Source: Promethearchaeota archaeon
Lineage (GTDB): Archaea > Asgardarchaeota > Lokiarchaeia > Sigyniarchaeales > SOKP01
Reading direction: 5' to 3'
Assembly: GCA_019058295.1 (NCBI GenBank)
Contig: JAHPZI010000002.1
Coordinates: 64,001-128,000 of the forward strand
Length of the DNA: 64,000 nucleotides
In this document: positions 12,282 through 22,713 of the stretch, piece by piece
How the letters are laid out: the number at the start of each line of letters is the position of its first letter
Position numbering within the stretch: the first letter of the stretch is position 1
Notes under the pieces: model-generated
The model's input: only the letters and a program-made list of their open reading frames with translations
Database searches by the model: none
Told to the model about the DNA's origin: nothing
Program-made: the position numbers and the translations under genes

Positions 12282-12314
12282 TGTCAAGATCTTCTTGTCA
12301 AATAAATAATGACA
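12282..12314. promoter_or_regulatory. Candidate operator upstream of hsp20 operon
   Basis: TGTCA-N9-TGACA inverted repeat at 12296-12314 plus extra TGTCAA half-site at 12282-12287. Confidence 0.45.
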
Positions 12315-12406
12315 CTCGACCTATAAAAATTTATCGCTTTTAAAAAAATAATACCTAAAAGAAACAATTTATTAAAAAAACATTAGAAAATAAAATGAAA
12401 AAATAA

Positions 12407-13483
12407 TTAGATTTTTTTTTTAACTTGTTCTATGACTTCCTTTGTTCGATGGAGCAATTCAAAAGCAATTTGTGGATCTTCCCAACCTCCTAAACCGCAA
12501 TCAGGTCCTATGAATTTTAATCGATCGCCGTATAATTCAATTGCAGTTAATAAATTTTTTCTAATCCTTTCTTTAGGGTCAATTAAGCTTAATTTTCCTG
12601 AAACAGTTTTAAAATCATCTATAGAACTTCCCAAATCTAATTTCTCAGCAATAATGTTATCAATATTGGTTCTAGTGATGCCAACTCGAATAAATTTATC
12701 GTACTGATCCAATTCTTTTTTTGGAATTTTATTGCTCGAATCTGAAGCATATTCACATGTTAACACATCAATCTTTTTTGTCTGCATCGGAAGTATAGCT
12801 TTATTTAAAGTATGAAGATGAATTTGAATTGTGGCATCAACACCTTCTAGAGATTTATCTAAGATATTGATGATATCATCATTGTTTATATTAAACATAT
12901 CAACATAACCGAAGGAAGGCTCATCAATCGCAACGACTGACGTTTTTATATATTTATCATTTACTATCGCACTTTTTATAAAGGAGTTTACTGACCTTGC
13001 AAAATTTAAAGCCAAATCTAAGTATACAGTAAAATTATGCTGTTTAATATATAATTCTAATGGTCCAGTAACACAAATTTTAACATTTAAGGGATGTCCC
13101 GTTTCTTCATAATAATTTTTTGCGAAATTCTTAAGTATAAACAACTCGGGTATAAAAGCTTTTTGAGAATTTATTAAACCCGGGGCAGTTTCGTATTCTG
13201 AAATTGGTTTTAAGAATTGATTGTACATATCTAAATGCTGAGGGTAATTAATTATTTCTACTCCCGCTTTATGTTTTAATTGGAATGAACTAAGAAATGG
13301 ATTTATGAAATAATTATTAATACCTGTATGCTCTAAAATATCATTTTCATTCTTATTAATAAAAGCCTTGTAAGTTACCCAATAGAATTTACGATAATGC
13401 TCGATATCCACATTATTAGGCAGTGGAAAGCTACCAACATCATCAAATAGAGGGAATTCAATCAAATCTGATCTAAAACTCAT
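12407..13483 (-). CDS. Short (core) methionine synthase, MetE C-terminal-like
   Basis: DDVGSFP, TGPLEL, IDEPS, IHLH, GPDCGLG; 358 aa single barrel. Confidence 0.8.
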   Translation of the reverse strand: MSFRSDLIEFPLFDDVGSFPLPNNVDIEHYRKFYWVTYKAFINKNENDILEHTGINNYFINPFLSSFQLKHKAGVEIINYPQHLDMYNQFLKPISEYETAPGLINSQKAFIPELFILKNFAKNYYEETGHPLNVKICVTGPLELYIKQHNFTVYLDLALNFARSVNSFIKSAIVNDKYIKTSVVAIDEPSFGYVDMFNINNDDIINILDKSLEGVDATIQIHLHTLNKAILPMQTKKIDVLTCEYASDSSNKIPKKELDQYDKFIRVGITRTNIDNIIAEKLDLGSSIDDFKTVSGKLSLIDPKERIRKNLLTAIELYGDRLKFIGPDCGLGGWEDPQIAFELLHRTKEVIEQVKKKI

Positions 13484-13636
13484 TCTAGAATATAATTTGG
13501 ATAATATTGGAAAAATTTCTGAATTTAAAAATCTTTAGGAGAAAGTTATATTATTAAAAGTATGAATTAGTAATGTTTGTTATATTAATGAAATATAATC
13601 TCAATTTTTTTTAAGAAAAAACACATAATTATTATC

Positions 13637-14005
13637 ATGTCACTTGCAAGAAATGATGCTCCAAAAAGTTTTATCCCTATTTTTATGACATGGATTTTCC
13701 TATGTAATATCACAGCAATAATCCTAGCGATTATATGGTATTTTCAATTTCCCGAGAGTTTCAGATTTGATGCAATGGTCTCAATGTATATAATAATTGC
13801 GATAAATGTTCTTAGCATCATTCTATTATATCCCATGCTAAGTATGGATCCAATAACTCCATTTCTAAAGGGAGCAATCATATGGTTTATTGTAATATCG
13901 ATAATATATGTTATTTTGGGTGCTTACATTGCATTAATTCCGGGGACAATCCAATTGCTCGGAGACCTTTGGTTTCATTGGAAGCGTAATAAGCTGATAG
14001 GATAA
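13637..14005 (+). CDS. Small membrane protein
   Basis: 3-4 hydrophobic segments; precedes ABC genes. Confidence 0.7.
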   Translation: MSLARNDAPKSFIPIFMTWIFLCNITAIILAIIWYFQFPESFRFDAMVSMYIIIAINVLSIILLYPMLSMDPITPFLKGAIIWFIVISIIYVILGAYIALIPGTIQLLGDLWFHWKRNKLIG

Positions 14006-14043
14006 ATGGAAAAAAATCGAAAAAAGAATTTGAGAAATAATTT

Positions 14044-14994
14044 ATGTCAGAACTAGCAATAGAAACAAAAAATTTACACTTTACTTATGGAAAAGGTAAA
14101 TCTGCTGTTAATGCGCTTAGAGGCGTAGATTTCAAAATTGCTAAAGGTGAAAATTATTGCTTATTAGGTCCAAATGGATCGGGCAAAACAACACTCATTA
14201 GATGTATTCTTGGTTTATTAAAAGGCGAAGGGTCTATTTGTCTATTAGGTCATGAAATGCCCCGTGATCAGAGTAAAATTGTTTCGCAGATTGGTTATAT
14301 GCCACAAGCAATTTCATTGTACCCTGATTTATCTGTGAAAGAGTCTTTGCACTTTTTCGGAAAGATTTTTGGAATGAATAAGCAAGAAAGAGATGAATCT
14401 GTAGAAAAACATCTTGAGATATTCTTATTAAAAGAATGGAAGAATACTAAGGTTGATAATTTATCTGGGGGTATGAAACGAAGATTATCTTTAGCATGTA
14501 GTCTCATCCATGAACCGAAATTACTTATTTTGGATGAACCCACGGTAGGTGTAGATCCGACCCTTCGGCTAAATTTTTGGGATTATTTTAAAGACTTAAA
14601 CGACCAAGGTACAACGATAATAACAACAACTCATATAATGGATGAGGCTGAAAAAAGCAGAATTATAGGTTTTATGAGAAATGGAAAATTAATTGCTGAA
14701 GGAACGTATCATGAATTAAAAAAAAAAGTTCCAGGGAAAAGGAAATTAATTATTAAGACAAAAGAAGAAGATACAACACAATTAGTAAAAACTATTTACA
14801 GTGAATATCAATTAAAAGTGCTTTCTTCTAAGTTTAAACTTGAAATCTTTTACGATGATGATTCCTTGATTGACAATATATTATCACTTGTAAGAAATCA
14901 AGTTAAAATCTTTTCAATACAGACAGAAGAACCAAGTTTGGAGGATACTTTCATATTCTTTTCGAATGAGAATGAGGTGAAATTCGCAAAATGA
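14044..14994 (+). CDS. ABC-2 type transporter ATP-binding protein
   Basis: GPNGSGKT, LSGGM, LDEPT, TTH. Confidence 0.95.
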   Translation: MSELAIETKNLHFTYGKGKSAVNALRGVDFKIAKGENYCLLGPNGSGKTTLIRCILGLLKGEGSICLLGHEMPRDQSKIVSQIGYMPQAISLYPDLSVKESLHFFGKIFGMNKQERDESVEKHLEIFLLKEWKNTKVDNLSGGMKRRLSLACSLIHEPKLLILDEPTVGVDPTLRLNFWDYFKDLNDQGTTIITTTHIMDEAEKSRIIGFMRNGKLIAEGTYHELKKKVPGKRKLIIKTKEEDTTQLVKTIYSEYQLKVLSSKFKLEIFYDDDSLIDNILSLVRNQVKIFSIQTEEPSLEDTFIFFSNENEVKFAK

Positions 14995-16508
14995 AGTTAT
15001 CAAATATTAAAGCAATAGCGATTAAAAATTTTCATCAAATAAAGAGAGACCCACGTATGATCGCTTTATCGGTAATTGCTCCTATAATCATTACAGCATT
15101 ATTCGGGTTTGTATTTGGAGGTGAATTAACCCATATCGAAATTTATATTGTCGACAAGGATAATAACTTTGAAAATGTATTTGCAACTGAAATAATAAAT
15201 AAATTTTCTGAAGATTCAAGAATTCAGTTAAATACTAGTATTTCAGATCCAAATTTAGTTAAAGCAGCAGTAGCAAACAATTTTACTCAAGCAGCAGTGA
15301 TTTTACCAAGTACGTTTACACAAGATACATTGCTTGGTCGTGGCAGCCAAATTGATTTAATTATCGGCAATTTAAGTATTAATGCGTCAAATTATGTTAT
15401 TGCCTCCTTTGAAATTAGTTTTGGTATAATTATGGCAAAATATTTTGGTGCTTCTCAACCTAAAATTGTAATAAAACAGCTTCATGAAGTATCTGATGGT
15501 AAAATACCAGATAAAATCAATGTTTCTCTTTGTAATTATGATTTAGGATGGGCACTCTTACACGACAAACTGTCTGATAAAGTTATTAAGATTTTAAAGG
15601 AAGACGATACGGTTGACATCAAAAAAGTAAAATCAATAAAGGATAATGAAGATGACATTAAAAATGGAAACAAAAGAGGGATGATAATTTTTCCTAAAGA
15701 TTTCACATATGAAGCACTAGTAAATAAGGAGATAAGTGTTGATGTTAGACTTGATGGAGCGGAACCGCAAGCATGTGGAGCAATAATGGGTGCATTAAGT
15801 GAAGCATTGTCTGATTCATTTGAGGACACATTTGATAAAAAATCTTTCAATATTAATGAATATTATTATAATAATATTGATGGAACAGATGAATCTGTTG
15901 ACCCTATTACTTATTTTACACCAGCTATAATTGGTTTTATTGGATTTTTCTTTGGATTTATTTTAACGATGTTATCCTTTATAAGAGAAAGAAAAGAGGG
16001 AACAATGGAAAGGATTTTAACATCACCATTAAAACGTTCTGAAATTATAATTGGTTATATATTATCATTCAGCATATTATCTACAATTCAAGCTGCAGTA
16101 ACGTTGATTGTAGCAATCCTTATTTTTAATGCGCAAATAGAGTTTTCCATATTTATTCTTCTACAAGCCTATTTAATTATATATCTTCTATTATTAACAG
16201 CTCTGGGAATTGGTATTTTTTTATCAACTTTAGCAAAGACTGAATTCCAGATAATCCAATTTATACCCCTAATAATTTTACCTTTTATGTTGTTATCAGG
16301 GGTCTGGTCACCAATAGAAACATTACCTGATTTTCTTCGCCCAATATCATCATTTATACCATTAACATATGCTAATTTAGCTATGCGGGATATATTTCTT
16401 AGAAATGAGACAATTCTAGATATTATTTTACCAATAGGAATTTTAGCATTATCAGCTTTTCTAATGATTTCATTAGGAATTATAAAGCTTAATAAAACAT
16501 TGAAATAA
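14991..16508 (+). CDS. ABC-2 type transporter permease
   Basis: RERKEGTMERIL.SP motif, C-terminal TM bundle, ATGA overlap with ATPase. Confidence 0.92.
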   Translation: MKLSNIKAIAIKNFHQIKRDPRMIALSVIAPIIITALFGFVFGGELTHIEIYIVDKDNNFENVFATEIINKFSEDSRIQLNTSISDPNLVKAAVANNFTQAAVILPSTFTQDTLLGRGSQIDLIIGNLSINASNYVIASFEISFGIIMAKYFGASQPKIVIKQLHEVSDGKIPDKINVSLCNYDLGWALLHDKLSDKVIKILKEDDTVDIKKVKSIKDNEDDIKNGNKRGMIIFPKDFTYEALVNKEISVDVRLDGAEPQACGAIMGALSEALSDSFEDTFDKKSFNINEYYYNNIDGTDESVDPITYFTPAIIGFIGFFFGFILTMLSFIRERKEGTMERILTSPLKRSEIIIGYILSFSILSTIQAAVTLIVAILIFNAQIEFSIFILLQAYLIIYLLLLTALGIGIFLSTLAKTEFQIIQFIPLIILPFMLLSGVWSPIETLPDFLRPISSFIPLTYANLAMRDIFLRNETILDIILPIGILALSAFLMISLGIIKLNKTLK

Positions 16509-16544
16509 TTTTTTATATTTGCTTATATTAGTAGTTAAAAATCC

Positions 16545-16562
16545 AACAACTAGCTAGTTGTT
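16545..16562. promoter_or_regulatory. Perfect 18-bp palindrome upstream of trmB-like gene
   Basis: AACAACTAGCTAGTTGTT. Confidence 0.5.
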
Positions 16563-16654
16563 AAAAAAATAAATACTTAACTTAAAATACTCAGTATTCT
16601 ATTTATTAATTAAATACAGTTTTATTGAATTAATTAAAGATTAGATTTTAAAAA

Positions 16655-17527
16655 ATGTCTGTTTATAATCCATTTTCTGAATTTAATTTTAACGATGCTG
16701 AAGAAAACATTTACAAATTACTAATTCAATTATCTTTAATTCCAAGAAAAGATTCAAAAAGTACCTACCACAAAATAAAAGCGACTGACTTGGTAGAATT
16801 CTCAAAGTATTCAAAACCAAAAGTATATGATATCATTAAGAGATTAGAAGAAAAAAGATTGATCCAGATTGATAATACTCGTCCTAAATTTGTAAAACCT
16901 ATAGAACCTGCGATTTCAATCGAGAATTTATTAAAATCGCGGAAAATTGAATTAGAAAAAGCTTCTGAATCCATAATCAATGAAATTAAATCATTACCCA
17001 AGCTGGACATTAATTACCCATTCAGTGAAGTACCCCCTCTCTCTTTCATAACAGGTTTAGAAGAATATCATAAACTTATGAGAACTATTTTACAAGGAGC
17101 AAAAGATGAAATTATCCTAATAATAGCATATCTATTAAAATATGAAGAGGATCTTTTGCGAGATTATATACAAAAAGCTGTCACAAAGGGTATAAAAGTG
17201 AGGATTCTATATGGAGGTCCACCTAAGTTTAGGATCTACTTTAGAAAGGAGATACTTGAACCGATTGGTTTGGAAGATGGTCAGACAACCACTGAAATTG
17301 ATGTTAAAGCAATTAATTTTGCCCCTCCTATAAGAATGACAATGGTTGATAATCGGGAATTAATTATGACGTTAATTAAAACTAATGTGAAAAATAAAAG
17401 AATAAACATCGAAGAAGCTTCTGCACTTTTTTCAGATCATGAAGAGCTCCTTGAATATACACGTCGCACTTATATTCTCTTAAGACCGACAGCAGATGCA
17501 CAACTTGCTGCGAAACTTAAAGGATAA
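16655..17527 (+). CDS. TrmB-family transcriptional regulator
   Basis: SKPKVYDIIKRLEEK wHTH, RPKF..IEP, C-terminal GIKVRIL..VDNRE effector domain. Confidence 0.88.
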   Translation: MSVYNPFSEFNFNDAEENIYKLLIQLSLIPRKDSKSTYHKIKATDLVEFSKYSKPKVYDIIKRLEEKRLIQIDNTRPKFVKPIEPAISIENLLKSRKIELEKASESIINEIKSLPKLDINYPFSEVPPLSFITGLEEYHKLMRTILQGAKDEIILIIAYLLKYEEDLLRDYIQKAVTKGIKVRILYGGPPKFRIYFRKEILEPIGLEDGQTTTEIDVKAINFAPPIRMTMVDNRELIMTLIKTNVKNKRINIEEASALFSDHEELLEYTRRTYILLRPTADAQLAAKLKG

Positions 17528-17758
17528 GAATATTAATGAGATATGAAAATAATAAAAATATAAGTTAATTTTTATAATGGGTTAATTTAATTTCTGAACC
17601 TTGAAAGCTTTAAAAACTCAATTTATATTTAAAGAAATGCTCTTAAATAGGTAGAAACTATAAATACTTATTTCTTCTAGTGTAACTTGAAGAATATTAC
17701 AGATCTTTCTAGAAATGTTTATTTTTTTAGCAGATTCTAATTCTAATTGTGATGAAAA

Positions 17759-20311
17759 ATGCAAACTGAGATTAAAAAACAGGTAAAAGTTCCAGAATTT
17801 AACTCAATGGATCTTCACCCTCAAAATCAAATTCAAAAAGATCGCTTATTAACAGCAGATCATTGGATCTGCTTGGAACGGGCGAAATTTTATACGGATA
17901 GTTATAAAGAGACAGAAGGGCAACATCCTTCAATCCGTACAGCAAAGGCTTTAAAGCACACCTTTGAGAATATGACTATCGCTATTTATCCTGAGGAATT
18001 ATTGGTGGGAAATAGATCTTCTCAATATATTGCACCCCCTATAGCCCCAGAAAGAGGCGACATGAATATGGTAATAAAGTTTCTTTTACCAACTCTTAAG
18101 AAAAGATATGGATATCATATCACGAAAGAGCATAAAAAATGGCTTAATAAAGAGATTATACCTTACTGGAAAGATAAATCCGTGAGAGCTCTGAAGGTTC
18201 CATTATTTGAGGAGCATGATCTATCGGACAAACTCACTTTAGGCAATGGCGGATTAAAAAGACTAAGAAATGCGTTTGGTTTAAAACACATAGGTAAGCT
18301 GGTGACAGACCCAGATGCTAATTTCTTTGATAAAGTTAAATTCTTTTTACAATTACCAAAATGGATTAAGCTAATGAAAGTAGGTACCGCTGATAATGTG
18401 AAAGGAAGGGGAAGATGTATTGATATGCAAGGTCATATTGTTCCAGGATATAAGAATGTCGTGAAATTTGGATTTAAGGGGATAAAAGAACAAGCTGAAA
18501 ACAGATTAAAGACTGCTAAGAATGATTCAGAAAAGGGTTTTCTGGAGGGAGTTATTATGACTTGTGAAGCAATGAGGGATTTTAGTCTTCGCTTCACAAA
18601 ATTAGCTAAGGAGATGGCGAGTACTGAAACTGATGAGGAAAGAAAAAAGGAATTACTGAAAATTGCAAAAATTTGTGAAAAGGTACCTTGGAATCCTCCA
18701 GACACATTTTATGAAGCAGTCCAATCTTTCTGGTTTACTCATAATGTGGTAATAATCAGTTATGGGATGGGGGGTATGACTCCAGGGCGTCTGGATCAAA
18801 TCCTATATCCATATTATAAGAAAGATAAAGATGCCAATTTAATTACGGATGATGATGCTTTAAGGTTACTTGAAGAAGTTATCATAAAGATTAACAATAA
18901 TGTAGTTATATGGCCTAATGTATTGGGTGCTCGCCTCAACCATTTAGGTTCAGATGTTCAAGATATTACTTTTGGAGGAGTAGATCGAAATGGAGAAGAT
19001 GCAACCAATGAACTTACGTATATCTGTATGGAAGCAATAAAAAATACTAAGCTTGCTACTCAATCCTCTTTCCGAATTTCAAAAAATAGTCCTGAAGAAT
19101 ATTTAAAAAAGGTCTTGGAATTACACAAATATACAGCTGGACCAGCTTTGTTTAATGATGAGGTTATTATTAAAGCTCTTCAGAAAGATGGATATTCATT
19201 GGAAGCTGCAAGAGACTACTGTGTAGTGGGGTGCGTAGAGCCAAGTGGTAATGGAGATACATATGGAGCAACTGGAGGTACTAAACTATATTTCCCATCT
19301 ATTCTTGATTTGACATTTAATCGGGGTATTACAACCTTTTTTGGAGGGGAAAGGGATATTGATACGGGAGATCCCGTAGAGTTTAAGTCATTTGATGAGT
19401 TTATGGAAGCATATTATACTCAATTAGATCATATTGTTGATGTATGTGCTAAAGCAGGAGACTTGAGAGATCAAGTCTGGGCTGAAAACTATCATAATCC
19501 ATTGATTTCATGTACTATTGATGGGTGTATTGAAAATGCTATGGATATGACTCAAGGGGGAGCTGAACTCATGTTCCATGCAATTGGTGGCGGGGGATTA
19601 GGAACGATAGTGGATTCTTTAGCGGCTATAAAGAAATTTGTGTATGAAGAAAAAAAAGTATCTATGAACGATTTACTTCATGCTATACAAACCAATTTTA
19701 AGGATAACGAACCTTTAAGGCAAATCTTAATGAATGGTCCAAAATTTGGAAATGATGATGATTACACAGACAAAATCGCCGTAGAATTAGTGAAAAAGTT
19801 TTGTACAATGGTAAAAAGTAAAAATTTGTCAATGGGAGATTTTTTCAAACCAAGTTTTAGTTCTTATGGTCTAAATGTATATGAAGGAGCATTAGAACCC
19901 GCAACTCCGAATGGAAGAAAAGCGGGTGAGCCAATTTCAAACGCAATCTCTCCTTGTAATGGTGCTGAACTGAATGGTCCTACCGCAGCATTAAATTCAG
20001 TAGCTAAAATTGACCATACGAATATAGGATATGGTGATTCTCTGAATATGAGGTTCCCACCCTTCTTAACAGATAATGATAAGGGACTTGAAACCTTTAA
20101 GAATTTGCTTGAAACCTACTTTGAAAAAGGAGGAATGCATCTTCAAGTCAATAATATGGGAACTGACACATTAAAGGATGCTCAACTAAATCCTGAAAAT
20201 TATCCCGATTTAATTGTACGGGTTTCTGGATATTCAGCCTATTTTACAAGGCTTGGCAGGGCAATCCAAGATGATTTGATAGATAGAATTGAATTTTGTA
20301 ATTGTTTTTAA
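17759..20311 (+). CDS. Glycyl radical enzyme 1 (PFL2/dehydratase-type)
   Basis: Cys loop GCVEP; Gly loop RVSGYS; GRLDQ; ATPNGR. Confidence 0.95.
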   Translation: MQTEIKKQVKVPEFNSMDLHPQNQIQKDRLLTADHWICLERAKFYTDSYKETEGQHPSIRTAKALKHTFENMTIAIYPEELLVGNRSSQYIAPPIAPERGDMNMVIKFLLPTLKKRYGYHITKEHKKWLNKEIIPYWKDKSVRALKVPLFEEHDLSDKLTLGNGGLKRLRNAFGLKHIGKLVTDPDANFFDKVKFFLQLPKWIKLMKVGTADNVKGRGRCIDMQGHIVPGYKNVVKFGFKGIKEQAENRLKTAKNDSEKGFLEGVIMTCEAMRDFSLRFTKLAKEMASTETDEERKKELLKIAKICEKVPWNPPDTFYEAVQSFWFTHNVVIISYGMGGMTPGRLDQILYPYYKKDKDANLITDDDALRLLEEVIIKINNNVVIWPNVLGARLNHLGSDVQDITFGGVDRNGEDATNELTYICMEAIKNTKLATQSSFRISKNSPEEYLKKVLELHKYTAGPALFNDEVIIKALQKDGYSLEAARDYCVVGCVEPSGNGDTYGATGGTKLYFPSILDLTFNRGITTFFGGERDIDTGDPVEFKSFDEFMEAYYTQLDHIVDVCAKAGDLRDQVWAENYHNPLISCTIDGCIENAMDMTQGGAELMFHAIGGGGLGTIVDSLAAIKKFVYEEKKVSMNDLLHAIQTNFKDNEPLRQILMNGPKFGNDDDYTDKIAVELVKKFCTMVKSKNLSMGDFFKPSFSSYGLNVYEGALEPATPNGRKAGEPISNAISPCNGAELNGPTAALNSVAKIDHTNIGYGDSLNMRFPPFLTDNDKGLETFKNLLETYFEKGGMHLQVNNMGTDTLKDAQLNPENYPDLIVRVSGYSAYFTRLGRAIQDDLIDRIEFCNCF

Positions 20312-20324
20312 GGTTATGGTTAAA

Positions 20325-21848
20325 ATGTCTAAAATAAAAGAAATATATAAAGAAATTGAAAACATCGTCGGGTCTGATTATGTTTCTGATAAAGATTTCA
20401 TGAAAGCGGCATATTCTAGGAATGTAGATCCTGCCTTTCCCGATAGATGGGCTGATGTAATAGTTAGACCTGAAAATGCCGAGGAAGTTTCTGATATTGT
20501 GAAAATTGCAAATAAGTATAAGATACCTATTGTTCCAAGAGGCGGCGGGGCTGACTTGGTTGGCGGGTCAGTCTCAGAGGGTGGGATTTTGATGGACCTC
20601 ACTCGGATGAATAAGATCATAGAAATTAATGAAGATGATTTTTACTGTTTCGTTGAGTGCGGTATTACTTGGGGAGAATTGAATTCAGCACTTCTCAAAA
20701 AGGATTTGACTGTTGGGATTATTGGTCCTGGCAGCGGATTTAGTGCGACAATTGGAGGGGGATTATCAAATAATACAGCAGGATTTGGATCAACCAAATA
20801 TGGATTAATTACTGAAAATTGTCTTGGTGTCGAAGTTGTTTTAGGAAATCCTGAGGGTTCAATCATAAGAACTGGTTCCATTGCCAATCAATTTGCCAAA
20901 CCTTTTTGCAGGTATGGAGTCACTCCCGATTTTACAGGTATATTTCTTGGAGATGTGGGCACCATGGGTATAAAAACGAAGGCCGCCTTGAAACTTTATC
21001 CACATCCCCCTTATAAAATCAGAAAAAACTATATGCTATTGAAAAATGATTATAATCTACTTTTTAAAGTAATGAAGAAGTGTCAGACTGAACTTAGAGA
21101 TGGAATGCAAGATTTGTATGTAACTCCGCTTACAGCTGTAAAGGTATTGGCGTCTCAAGTAAAAAAAAAACCTCAAAAAAGAGCTAGAATAAAAGGACCT
21201 ATTTTACTTTTTATTTTAGAGGCTTTTAATGAGCGAATTCTAAAGATTTATGAAGAAACGCTTTCAGATATTATGAAAGATGTTGCTAGACCATTTGAGT
21301 GGACAGAACTAGATTTGACGGCAGAGTCAACAAAGGAATGGCGGTTTAATTTAGGTTTTTCATATACATATTTTAATAAATTTGTTTCACTTGCCCCACC
21401 GAAGATATCTTGTACCACATGTCATAAAATTCCTATATCTTCGATGGCTGAAAAGAAAGCGCTTAGTTCAGAATTTGATGATGCACATAAGGGTGAATTT
21501 CCACCCCAAAGTGTCGCATTATTTGCATCTTCAATCCATTTAATATCAAATGGTCATTGTGTTTTTGCTGGAGGATTTGCCACAGACAATATAGAATCTT
21601 CTCGGGACTTAGCAATGAAAATTTGGCATAAAAGGGTTGCAAATCAAGCTAAATATGGGGGCGTACATTATTGGTTAGGCGAATCGATTTCCCAATCAAT
21701 CGTTGAGTCGGGAGCACTTACCCCTGATTTCCTAAAATTTTTCAAAAACATTAAAAAAAGTGTGGATCCGAATTTTCTTTTAAGTCCAAAGAAATTCCAT
21801 ATGTATTCGTATAAAGATGATATAAATAAATACATTAAAAAAGAATAG
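20325..21848 (+). CDS. FAD-binding oxidoreductase (GlcD/D-lactate dehydrogenase/VAO superfamily)
   Basis: VRPE..EEV, PRGGG, TIGGG, DPNFLLSP; ATG at 20325 avoids overlap with GRE1. Confidence 0.9.
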   Translation: MSKIKEIYKEIENIVGSDYVSDKDFMKAAYSRNVDPAFPDRWADVIVRPENAEEVSDIVKIANKYKIPIVPRGGGADLVGGSVSEGGILMDLTRMNKIIEINEDDFYCFVECGITWGELNSALLKKDLTVGIIGPGSGFSATIGGGLSNNTAGFGSTKYGLITENCLGVEVVLGNPEGSIIRTGSIANQFAKPFCRYGVTPDFTGIFLGDVGTMGIKTKAALKLYPHPPYKIRKNYMLLKNDYNLLFKVMKKCQTELRDGMQDLYVTPLTAVKVLASQVKKKPQKRARIKGPILLFILEAFNERILKIYEETLSDIMKDVARPFEWTELDLTAESTKEWRFNLGFSYTYFNKFVSLAPPKISCTTCHKIPISSMAEKKALSSEFDDAHKGEFPPQSVALFASSIHLISNGHCVFAGGFATDNIESSRDLAMKIWHKRVANQAKYGGVHYWLGESISQSIVESGALTPDFLKFFKNIKKSVDPNFLLSPKKFHMYSYKDDINKYIKKE

Positions 21849-21883
21849 ATTTGAGACAATTTTAAATAAAAAAAGGATGAAAA

Positions 21884-22684
21884 ATGAGTTTTAGAAGAGA
21901 ATTAGAAGATATTAAAAAGAAAAAAGAAGAAATGATTACCAGCGTTTTTAAAGGAGCAGAAATGGTCTGGGTATTATGGGAAACTAAAAAGGAAGTTGTT
22001 GAGCGAGTACTCCCTCCCCCGTTGGAACCACTGAATCGTCCAATTGCTCTTGCGTTTGTAGCTAACTATCCCTCTCATTCATATGGATTGCCTTACAGAG
22101 AAGCAGCATTAATTTTAAGGTGTAAATATAAAGCTGAATTGGGAAATTACTTCCTTGCGATGCCCCTGACAGACGATAGAGCTACATTTGCTGGTAGAGA
22201 GATATTTGGCTTCCCAAAAAAAATCGCAAATGTCCATTTTGAGAAGAATGGAAACAAAATTTACGGATTTTCTGAGCGCAATGGAGTTAAAAATATTGAA
22301 ATTAAACTGAATATTACAGGTAAGTTCAATGATGTGGAAACCCCTAAAATTGTGTCTGAGATCCAAATGATTCCAAAAAGAGGTAAAGGAACTGTTAATT
22401 ACCTTTTTAAACATTTTCCCCATCCAACTAAAGAAGGATTTGATTATACCCCTTGGTTGATAAAGCAGGTAACTAAATCTAAAATCAAATCTATGCAAAT
22501 GGGAGAAGCTGAAATTACTTTAAATTCAACAATCCATGATCCATGGGGGGAAATTGAAGTTGTAAAAATTTTGGGGGGCATGTATTTACAATCTGAGAAT
22601 GAAATGTTCCCAGGAGAAATACTTACAGAAGTAGATCCTGATGAATTTTTACCCTATTCATACATTAAATGGGATTGGTATTAA
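21884..22684 (+). CDS. Acetoacetate decarboxylase-family protein
   Basis: LPPPLEP, YREA, GREIFGFPKK Schiff-base lysine motif. Confidence 0.9.
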   Translation: MSFRRELEDIKKKKEEMITSVFKGAEMVWVLWETKKEVVERVLPPPLEPLNRPIALAFVANYPSHSYGLPYREAALILRCKYKAELGNYFLAMPLTDDRATFAGREIFGFPKKIANVHFEKNGNKIYGFSERNGVKNIEIKLNITGKFNDVETPKIVSEIQMIPKRGKGTVNYLFKHFPHPTKEGFDYTPWLIKQVTKSKIKSMQMGEAEITLNSTIHDPWGEIEVVKILGGMYLQSENEMFPGEILTEVDPDEFLPYSYIKWDWY

Positions 22685-22713
22685 AAATAAGTTTTTAAAT
22701 TTAGAAGATTAAG

